Positions 30,159 through 42,100 of a DNA stretch of 64,000 nucleotides are shown in pieces. The DNA is from Saccostrea echinata (taxonomy: Eukaryota), in NCBI RefSeq assembly GCF_033153115.1, contig NW_026889750.1, positions 42,780,001 through 42,844,000 of the forward strand, read 5' to 3'. Position numbers and translations under genes: made by a program. Numbering within the stretch: the first letter of the stretch is position 1; each line of letters starts with the position of its first letter. A model generated the notes under the pieces. The model worked only from the letters and a program-made list of their open reading frames with translations, ran no database searches and was not told where the DNA came from.

Positions 30159-33100
30159 ATGAAGACAGTCAGTGAGTACTTGGAGAACGTGCTGGAAGAG
30201 ACGGGTGGCTTTGGGAAGTTCCAGATCCTTCTTCATGGCAGCATTCTCTTCAGTAAGGTGTCCATTACTTGGAGTCTCCTCATCATGGCGTTCGCTGGGG
30301 CTTCTCCTGACTGGTGGTGTGTCTACTCCAACACAACTGATGTCCCTTCTACCATTAACTACAGTATCATAGCGAACACCACTATGACGTCACCAGTCCA
30401 TGACGTGATTCAAGCATATAAAACATGTACACCATCGTCAAACGCCTCTGTCTGTCAGGCATTCATCTTTGATGATAGCATGAAAACAATCATTAACGAG
30501 GTTATACTATGTCTAAATATGTGTTATTTTTCATATTTTTATGTAATTAGAGACATGAAGCCCATAAGCCTTAGCCATCACCCGAGTCACACTCCTCTTT
30601 CTGATATGTGAATATGCAATTGCTCCTTTACAGTGTTTTTGTTTTCTTGATTTTGAAAACAAAACAAAAATAAACAAAGAAAATAAATTACATGTATGTC
30701 GTCCTCGTCCGTGTCCATTTGTTTGGTATTATATATCTACTTTTGTCGCCTGAAACAAAAACATCTCTGTTGCTAAAATGCAAGTTTCATATTCTCAAGA
30801 ATATTGACAGGGGATACTTACTCCTCCATGGCACCTGATCCCACCTCTGTTTTCAGAGTTCAGTGTTGACTCTGCTTACAACCTGTATTGTTTAAATAGA
30901 CTTGATCACTGTTCGTTATTTTTACAATTCATTCACTGTAATTTAATATATGGAAGCATTATTCTTTAAGAAGCAGTTCCCAAAAAGTACTTTTATTATA
31001 AGGCCCGTAATGATTGGAAGAATGGCTGTCTTGGCTGTTTACAAAACTGCTGCAGCAGTTGAATGATAAATCAGGTCTCATTATTATCGGTAAATAATGC
31101 TTTTGCTTTCCTTCAAATCGTAAAAGCTTTTTTGTCCCCAGCGTTTACTGAAAGTGGTGGATATTTAGTTGGGTTTGCCCGTCCGCCTTTCTGTCTGCCA
31201 TTCTGTGTATGTGGAACAATTTCGTTTCCGGACGATATCTTAAAACGCCTTTGAAATTTTGCAGTGTAATTTTATATCACAACTCCCTATATGGCCTCAG
31301 AACAACTCCTATTAGTTTTTAGGTCAAAAAGTCAAGGTCATAAATTCTCTGTGTAACACTTTCATTTCCGGACGATATCTTAAAAAGCTTTTGAGCTTTC
31401 ACAACGAAATTTTATATCACACTTCTTAATGCCCGATGAAGTCCCCTAATGATCTCAAGTTAAAAGTCAAAAATCAAGGTTGGAAATTCAAATATTGCAA
31501 ATAACATTTTCCAGACAATAATTTTAGTTTTATTTGAAAGTCTTTCAATGAAAATTTGTCACAACTCTCTATGGGCTACATAAGACCCCGATTGATTTTG
31601 TGGTCAAAAGGTAAATGTCATTCATTTTGTCTGTATGTAACATTTATGTTTCTGGACGATATTTTAAAAATCCTTTGAGCGTTTACTATGAAATTTAAAA
31701 TTACAACTCCTTATAGCCTTAAAAAGATCCCTATTGATTTTGAGTCAATAGGGCAAAGGTCATGTCAGAAATTCATACATTGCAAATAACATTTTCCAGA
31801 TGAAAACTTTAGTTTTCTTTGATTTTTTTCAATAAAATTTGATATAACTCCCTATGGATTAGAAAAGACCACTACTGATTATGACGTCGGAAAGTCAAGG
31901 TCAGATATTCATTCAATGCAATGGTTTCCAGATGATAGCTTTGGTTTTTCCTGAGCCTTTTCAATGATATCTTATATCATAATTATAAAACTTTATATCA
32001 TAACTCCCAATGACTTAGATTTTTTATTTTTAGGTCTAAAGGTCAAGGTGATAAATTTATATCTTGCAATAATTGGTTTCCTGGTGATAATTCAACTTTT
32101 TTTTAGGTTTTGCATTAGGTTTACCTTTATTCAATATGACTTAAAAAAAGACACTTATTGATTTTGAGTTCAAAAGGTCAAAGACCAGGTGAGAAATTTA
32201 TATATAGCATACTAATTTAAAGGTGACAGGTTAGTTCCCAAAACTCCAAAGAACTTTTAGAAAACTTTTCGAAAGTCATTAACATCAAACGTACGTCTTT
32301 TCTAGACTTTAAGCAACCTTTCCTTGTCATAAATTAAAAAGTAGGCTTTTAGTATCATAGGAAACTGGTTCTTCAATAAAAATGGAACTCGGAAATTTTC
32401 ATATCCTGTGATTGGTCATCAACAAAATTACATTGTTAAATATCACTCCGATTCTACATACAATACTCCGAAGTTTAAATTAAATCTGGAGTTCCTCATT
32501 GACAACATTTATATAGGCGTTGGAGACCAGGTCTTCCAATGGACCTAATTATACTCCTTTTTCAGCCGACCTATTTTTATATCCCTATGAATCAGAAAAC
32601 TTCTACATGAGAAGAAGAAAACACTTGCTCAACAACACGACATTCAGTTATCTTGATCAAGTTTTATCAATTAACAAAAATTACTTCCATTCATATGTCG
32701 ACTCGATATACTTGCATATCCCAGTGAACTAGAAATAAAAGACACCACAAAGTCTGCCACATCTGTTGCATATTTGAATGTTTTACTGACTAAAGACGAT
32801 AAGGGCCAAATAACAACTAAATTGTATGACAAACGAGATGACATCAGTTTTTCCTTTGTCAACTTTCCCTATCTGTATTTATGTTGTAATATTCCGTTAT
32901 CACCTGCACATGGGGTTTAACTCCCCCTACTTATACGATACTCAAGAACATGCTCTGAGTACGATTAATTTTTAAACCGAGGCAGGCTACTGACCGATAA
33001 GTTGATGTTTCAGGGATTTCAAAAACCTCGTTTAAAGTCAGCATTTCGTAAATTCTACGGTCGTAATAATGAATTGTTAGTAAATATGACCTAAATGTAT

Positions 33101-36100
33101 TATTGGGTCGTATTTTGACTGACGATTTTTATACCAATTGTTAGGCCTTTGTTTTTATATTTTTAATTTGACTTGCGAATATTCCGTTTAACTGATCAGT
33201 ACTTCACGGCGGAAGTGACCGGTCGACAGAAGATTTCTACTCCTTCTAGGCACTTGATCCCACCTTTAGAATTTCCGGGGGTCCGTGTTTTTATGCCCTG
33301 TTCAAAGATTTGAATTGTTTGTAGATTTATTTTAGATCGATCACTGTTTCTTATCTTCGACTTTTTCATTCTTTGTAAGCTTTTACAATGATACTTGAAG
33401 TCATGAATTTCTTTAAATTAAAAAGACCCGTATTGCCTTTAAGGCCAAAAGCTGAAAGGTCAAGGTTGATCTTTTTTTTACTCCATCTGCATTTTTTGGT
33501 TCTTCCACCCTCTTCTTTTTCCCTGATTCTCTGAATCTTGTCTTTTGCTTCAAGTCAAGTCACCAAATTTTAATAAATCTAACGATACTTGTCAATTTTT
33601 ACAGAGACCAGGGTTTCAACAAAGCAGATGAAGATGAGGATATTTGTTGGCTGATCTATATTTAATTGACAAACTGTCCATGATAAGTCACCAAAAACAA
33701 AATGCCTCAGACGACTAGTATTTTTGCAATTCCATTAATGTTTTGTTCTTTGCCGACATATGAAATTTTTGTTTTTTTTTTCAATAACACCATGCTTAAA
33801 TATTTTTCAGTGGGGATTGATCTGTGACAAAAAATGGGTGACAGCAACAGTTTCTTCGGTACAAATGGCGGGTCTTCTCATTTCCGGTTTTCTGGGTGGA
33901 CAGCTGGCGGATCTGCTGGGCCGGAAACCAACATTCTTCGTGTCTCTTTTCATTCTATCCGCCTCTAATATTGTGGCTGGATTTTCCCAGTCCTGGGTGA
34001 TGTTCGCTGTGACCCGTTTTATTATCGGGCTGGGGTGCGGGGCGTACCTCACCGTATTCTATACATTCTCTGTCGAGTTCACACCAACTAAATTTCGTCC
34101 TATTCAATTAGCCGTCCCTGATTGGTCAATCTGGGCTGCCTTGTTGGGACTTTGCTCCTATTTGTTGAAGGACTGGAGAAGTCTTCATATTCTGACTGGA
34201 GTTTTGACAGGAATTAGTCTCTTTTCTTGGTGGTATGTCTTTTATATAGAGAGCACATGGTTAAAAGCTTACATGTATTTCAAAATGAAAAAAAAAATAT
34301 TGAAAACTTGTGATGAAAGCATCACTTATTTTTAATAGGATTGTTCCTGAGAGTTTCCGATGGTTAGTATCACATGACAAATTGACTGAAGCTGACAGAG
34401 TCATCAAGAAAATTGCTCGCATAAACAATCATCCCAAACCCGAGCTTAATAAACTCCAAAACGTTGTAGAATCAGATGCTACGTTTCAAGGAGACAGGAA
34501 ATATACATTTTTAGAGCTATTTCGCAATCGAACACTGCTGATCAACACTGCATTAGCTGGTGTTGCCTGGTAATATTTTTCTCTACCCTTTTAAGGGAAA
34601 TTTTCACTGGTAATATTTTTTCTGCTTTTTTTCTTTTGGGGTAAAAATAGTGGATGCAATGTTGCTTAGCAACGTTATGGGCGTAATCAATGTTGCTTTG
34701 CAACCTGATGGCTTTTATTATCATTTGCTACCCTTTCATGATTTTTTTTTAATATAAAAGATAAGAATAACACTAAATTTATATTTAGGAACCTTACAGT
34801 ATTGTCGAATATTGATCAATTGTAAACAGATGACAGTCACGTATTTAATATATAATCTTTCAGGTTCTCCAGCGGTTATGCCTACTACGCTATTTCCTAT
34901 AGCGTGGACCAACTCTCAGGAAATCTTTACCTCAACATGTTTCTCCTTAGTGTCATCGACATTCCCGCTCTTATGAGCATTTGGTACCTCAGTAACCGGT
35001 ACGTATTCAGTAACCGATAAATACCCCAGTAACCGGTAAGTGTTCAGTGTTAAATAAGTATACCCCAGTAACCGGTTAGTATTCAGTAACCGTTAAGTTC
35101 CTCATTAAGCGTCAAGTATTCAATAATCAATAAGTACTTCATTGACCGGTAAGTATTCAGTAAATGACCGGTAAGTACTCAGTAACCAGTATCAGTAATT
35201 GGTAAGTATTCAGTAACTAGTACCTCAGTAACTGTTAAGTATTTAGTAACCAGTACCTTTGTAACCGATAAGTTAACTGTAACCCATAAGTACCTCAGTA
35301 ACCGGTAAGTATTCAGTAACCGATAAGTTTCTCAGTAACTGGTAATTAGAGTCGCTGGTAAGTACCTCAATAACTGGTAAGTATTCAGTAACTAATAAAT
35401 ACTTCTTTTACTGGTAAGTACCTCAATATATAATGAATTTACAAAAATACTCTCGTAATCGGCGATTACCTTAGTAACCAACAATAAATGACTGGTAAGT
35501 ATTCTGGCATTAGGCATTTAGCACTTCAATAACTAGCAAGTACTTGACCTTTCGTTACCGAAAAGTACCACAGAACCAATGAGCAGCTAGTTAGTCACCA
35601 TTAATCATCCCTTTTCCTGGCATATAAGGATTTTCTTTTGTTTGTACCCTTTTTTAGTTTGCTTTTAATATGTAGCATAAGTGATTCAATTCTACCCTTT
35701 TGATTCTGCAAAGGACAAGGTATGGTACGGCCGAATTTAGCCCCATACTGGAACTAAAAATCAAAACATAGTTAAAATTGATAGTTTGCAGTTAAAGGTG
35801 CTTAGACACAGATTTGAAGTTAATATTTAATCAAATTTTCTGTATAATTTCATGACTTATATGTTGTTTTAGCATTTCATACGAAAATTTGATAAAAATA
35901 TTATTTTATCCGGAAATTAATGAAATTTCGAATTTCTGGACGCGTTTGATCAACACATCCTTGCACTTTCACAAATTTTAACTTTATCCTTATTACTTTA
36001 GAAAAGTAGCAATTTTGTTGTTTATTAATGAAAAATATTAAAACTATAATGCAGAAATTTCAGAGTAAAAATGTAGAAAGCAAAATCCTCTCACCAGTAT

Positions 36101-39100
36101 TGTCAGTCCGTGCTCAGTGGTGTGTGCAGAGTTTAACAATTGAACACACCCGGTGAAACGTAAACATTAACAACAACAGAGCTCGTGCCCTACAAAAAAG
36201 TTTACGTTTCACGGGTGTTTCAATTTGTTAAACTCTGTACACAACTACACAACACTGAGCACGGGCTGACAATACTTAAGTGAGTGGGTTTTGCTTTCGC
36301 ACATTTTTACTCTGAATTTGCTGGATTATACATTTATATACAACAATATTGCTACTTTTCTTAAGTATTAAGGATAAAGTTAATAATTATGAAAGTGCAA
36401 GGATGTGTTAATCAAACGCCTCCCGAAACACTGTAGTTTCAATAATTTCCAGATTAAATAAGTTTTTAATTTATTTTTGGTGTGAAATGCTACAGCAACA
36501 TATAAGTTGTGATATTATACAGAAAATTTGAGAAAATATAAACTTCAAATCTGTGTCTATGCACCTTTAAGAACTTTAAATGATGCTTGTTTCAATATTA
36601 GCACTAATTTTGATTCAAAACGTACACCAAGGTCACAAAAGGGTGTCAAATACATTTTCCTCAATTATAATAGAATTTTATTTTGAGATACTATTTATTT
36701 CGGAAAACAAAGAACACAAGCTTGCCTATGAAAGATTTTTACACTCAAGATGAATCTTATACTAGTGCATAGAATACATGTACATAAATTTGATAGATAG
36801 GCAAACTTGTGGTCTATATTTTCTAAAACAAAGTGTGCTTTAAAATTGATGCAAACAAAAATAAGAAATTCAGAACTTTGCATGTTTTATGATCTTCGCT
36901 TGACCTTTGTGTATCCCAAACTTTTGGAATCAATGCTAACAGGTTTTTAATGATGAGCTATTGATCGTTCTTAAAGATAATCCAAATCAGGGACCAAAAA
37001 GGAGTCTTAGCTTATCCGATCCTTTGAAAATGTTCTCTTTTTTAAAGATTCAATGATAAATGGATTTCATCCATCAAAATAGCGTAGTCACATACAATAT
37101 CTAAAGCACCATAGATAACCTTAATTCTAAGAACGTCTGTATTTTGTTACTTTTTAACAGTATCGGTCGCAGATGGACCTGTCTGGGATACTTTGTGATT
37201 GGCTCCCTGGCCTGTCTGGGCGTGGCAGTATCACAGATGATAGGTAAGTCACTGTCATTATAGAAAAATAAAAGTATTTCTCCCAGCAATTTTTAGCTCT
37301 CCAGAGCCAAAGGCTCAAGTAAGCTTCTCTGATCAAGAAAGTCCGCCGTGTGTCGTTTGTTGTCTTTTAGGGTTTTCTTCTTCAGTATCCCTGCTTCATA
37401 TTTATCCATGTCCTTGATTAAAGGTTGTTCAAGTTTGTTTATATGGAGGTCAAGGCACTTTTTTGAAAGGAAAATAAGGAACAAATACGGGAATTAGTGT
37501 GGGATCGTTTTAAAATATTCTCAAGAACAGCAGGATTATAGATATGCAAGATCTTTATTTAGCAGGCCCGAAGAACGCAGGGGGGGGGGGGGGCTACTTA
37601 TTTCTGAGTATAGTATAGTACAGTATGAACCGTAATTTAATCAAAAACTTACACGAGAAGAAGACAACACTTGTTGTGGCCTTCATCTCGACATTTAGAT
37701 AAACCGACAACATATTATCAATTAACAATAGTTACTTCCATTCATATGTTGACTCGATATATCCCAGTGAGCTTGAAATAAAAGATACCACAGAGTCTGA
37801 CATTTCTGTTTCTTATTAGGATATTTTACTAGAAAAAGACTTTAATCACCGTGTTAAACCCCACATATGGGGACGCGGAATAGTGACCTTTGGGGGTGCG
37901 GATTTCGAAGCGTAATTTGCTAGGAAGACTGAATTAGCTTTTCTACAGCGATTGAGATGGATTTAGTTCTATGTTAACATACCACGGAACTCAGTGATTT
38001 CTCCGCTTACTGATACCAGTATCCCACTTCACAATTCGTGCTAGAAGTACATGAACTATGGAACGCCGCAGCTGCCTTATGTGGAGAACATTCATTATAT
38101 GCTGATACTTTAACATTATATGCTGATAGTTTGTCATTATATGCTGATACTTCAACGTTATATGCTAATACTTCAACATTATATGCTGATACCTTAACAT
38201 TATATGCTGATACTTTAACATTATATTCTGATACTTTAACATTATATGCTGATACTTCAACATTATATGCTGATACTTTGTCATAATATGCTGATAGTTT
38301 GTCATTATATGCTGATACTTTAACATTATATGCTGATACTTTAACATTATATGCTGATAGTTTGTCATTATATGCTGATACTTTAACATTATATGCTGAT
38401 ACTTCAACATTATATGCTGATACTTCAACATTATATGCCGATAATTTGTCATTATATGCTGATACTTTAACATTATATTCTGATACTTCAACATTATATG
38501 CTGATACTTCACTATATGGTGCTTTAAAAAATAGGTTAAACATCGGGATCTTCATACTAAAATTCTTTGACAAGAGAAAAAATCCAAAAAAAATTGTTTT
38601 CAATTGCAAAGTTTTAGTATATATATACACGTACATGTATTGGTTTATATACATGTACATGTATTGGCAAATTGATGGGACGAAAAGGGATAGGATGCAC
38701 GTGTAAGCAGTCTTGAATATACTGGCGTATTTGGGAAGGGGTAGAGAGTACATATATAATATTAAGAGTGAACTAAACGAAGATAGCCTTGCAAAAAACG
38801 CGTGTACTGCACGAAAATTTAAGATATTTTGGAAGTTCAGAAACTCTTCATGGTATTAAAACTTCGCTTTTTTTAAACATCAATGATATTACAGGACATC
38901 AAAGCAGAATAATATAATTTATAGGGGACAAACATTTGATTCGTTTGGGGAGGGGGTGCAATTTTTTTTTCGAGTCAGATTATTTATTTTCATGTCACTT
39001 CGTGAATGATAGATTATTCATTTTCTAGATGACCAGGTACAGATTATTTATTTTCACACAAAACAAAAAAGTCTAACCAAACTCGAAAACTCCATTTCTT

Positions 39101-42100
39101 TGGGGAGAGGGGTGGGGCTACCTCCACGCCAAAGTCATCCTAGTACAGATGATTAATTCACATCATATGATACCCCCCCCCCCCCCTCCCACGCGTATTG
39201 CATGGTCGTTCCGGCCTCAGAACCACTCGTCAGCACTTAAGTTTTCGATAGGTCTTTTATATGTAATTTTCAAATCGGTAGGACGGGGGTTGTTGTTCAG
39301 GGATTTCATTGTTATGACATCGACATAGTAATTTAGGCTACTAATGACTCAAAAGCTTTTCCAGAATCTAGCTGCCATTGCATTTTAACTGGACTATTTA
39401 AGCTGGTCTATACATCCAATGCCATGCATGCGATCATTCTGGAAAACTGTAAAATCACCGAAACTGAGATTATGAAGTTAGTTTGAACTCTGTGAATATT
39501 GACGGAGTTGTAATCTTCCCAACACCCCACCCCTCCCCCTTCCAAAAAAAAAAAAATTAAAAATTATAAACTCAAAAATAATATTTTTAACATCCAAACA
39601 ACTAATATGATATTTCACTAAAAATTCTTCAATTTCAATTAAATTATACCTCATGCAGTATAAATTCATCTATAAGAAATCATATTAAAATACATGTATT
39701 TACTAGTATTTATATATTTTTTGCAATAATACATATAATCATGTAACTTGTAAGCCAGTAAACACATTCCAGAGGGGTATACAGGATTTCAAGATGGGGG
39801 GGGGGGGGTGTTTGTTTGATTATTGTTTAACGTCCTTCTCGAGAATTTTTCACTCAGATTGAGACGCCACCACTTGCCGGTGGAGAGCTGCAAATTTTTT
39901 ACCTATACTCGGCACTCAGGGCCATTGAGCAGCGAGGGATCTTTTTCGTGCCAACACCTACTGCGACACGGGGCCTCGGTTTATACGGTCTCATCCGAAG
40001 GACCGGTCTCCACGTCCCACAGTGGGATTCGAACCCGCGACGTAAGGACCAACTCCTTACTTCGCGATTCTAGAGCAGACGCTCTAACCACTGCGCCACG
40101 TGGGCGACGGGGGGGGGGGGGGGGGGGGGTGATATTAATGACAAAATGACAACATAAACTCAAAATACTACTAGTAAAAATGAGTATATAGGAGCAAAGA
40201 TTTTCTCAAGATTCAGGTTTTCTCTATTGAATATCAAGAACATAAATGTTTTCTAAAACTTTTCTTTCTTTCAACCTCTTACTTTTTTTTCTTCATTTTT
40301 TTTTTAAAGACGTACATATACCACATATATATAAGTGTGGTACGTCTTTTTTAAACGTGGGTTTTCTTGACTGAAAGTGTTAGAATCTAAGTGTATTTAA
40401 AGTAGATTCAAAATTTTTTATTAACAACCCGAAAGATAAGCCATCATGATTACACATACATATTTTGAGATACAACGTTAGTTTTCCTTGAAATGATGAA
40501 TGTGAACAACAATCAAAATGTCAATATCCACTTGAACCTTTAAAATCCGACCAAAGAGACCTTATTAGCTGAGAAAAGGCGTGCATACGTCGAACAACCT
40601 GCAATAATCATTTTAATAAAAACTTAATATTCTCACACATTCTGTTAAAACATGCGTTTTGGACGATTTTCGTATCACGATCCCGATGTTTTACCTATTT
40701 TTAAAACACCATATAGTGAAGTATCATCATATAATGTTAAAGTATCAGCATATAATGTTGAAGTATCAGCATATAATGTTAAAGTATCAGCATATAATGT
40801 TGAAGTATCAGCATATAATGACAAACTATCCGCATATAATGTTGAAGTATTAGCATATAATGTCTCAGCATATAATGACAAAGTATCAACATATAATGAC
40901 AAACTATCAGCATATAATGTTAAAGTATCAGCATATAATGTTAAAGTATCAGCATATAATGTTGAAGTAACAGCATATAATGACAAACTATCAGCATATA
41001 ATGACAAACTATCAGCATATAATGTTAAAGTATCAGCATATAATGAATGTTCTCCACATAAGGCAGCTGAGGCGTTCCATAATGAACACTTCAACATTTT
41101 CTGGCTATGACACGCGGAGTTGCAGATTTGATCGGTTCTTGGTGAAAATTCTTGCTTAATTTATCATTCTTCATCATTTGAGTTGTATGAGGGGTTTCTT
41201 TGCATAATTTTGCAGAAAATACTGTAATAGACTTTCACCCCAAATAAACGGCAAAACCTTCAATATTATTGTGTGCAACCCGGCGGTTGACTTTTAGTGG
41301 AGGTAGGGGGCAAGGAATCATTTTTCATTCTATCTTGTTTGTAGGAATCTGCTGTGTTTAGAATGCATATGTAAAAGAAATAAATTCAAATGAGACTACT
41401 AACTCGCACAAGATGAAACAGGCCTTTATTTTTATACTGATTTTGACTACGGAAAGTTCCGTCCACCAGATCAATACATAGGGCTCACGGCGGGTGTGAC
41501 CGGTCAACGGGGGATGCTTACTCCTCCTAGGCACCTGATCCCACCTCTGGAATTTTATCAAAAGGTAATTAAACTATCTTGGCATAAGTAGCATGAGCAT
41601 GCATTTCCCTCTGTCACGTACAACATAAAACATAACACAAAACGTAAAACTTATTTTGAGTAAATATGGCGAATTCGAACCAAAAATATATGTACTAGTA
41701 TTTTTAAGACTCTACACAACAAAATTATGCATTTCATGGGCTCTCTTTACAGAAAAAGTATTTTATATCTTGCGTATCTACCTCGCTGTATTTTTTTTTT
41801 ACTTTAATAAAAGCTTCTCCACAAGTCGCCCGCGCGGTTGGAGCGTTCGCTATAGAGTAGCTGAGTAAGGAGTTCATTCTTTCGTAGGGGGTTCGAATTC
41901 CAGTGCGGGATGTGACCCATCCTTCGCGTATAAACCGAGGTCCCATGTTGCAGTAGGTGCTGGTACGAAAAAGATCCCTCACTGTTCAAAGGCCCAAGTG
42001 CCAAGTACAGATCTAAATTTCTCGAAGGGACGTTAAACAAATAAAGTTAACAAATCTTCTCCACAAAAGTTTATAACAAGTGACATATTTGAAACGCTTC

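Noticed and set aside
40010-40108. tRNA gene
   Set aside because: A and B boxes are present but fused to a SINE body and tail; the cloverleaf is imperfect and a second decayed copy has a TSD.
38007-41110. Repetitive ORFs ((YNVKVSA)n, (LYADTLT)n, (MLKYQHI)n) as antifreeze or amyloid-like proteins
   Set aside because: They are open on both strands simply because the 21-bp unit lacks stops, and they lie in transposon TIRs within an intron.
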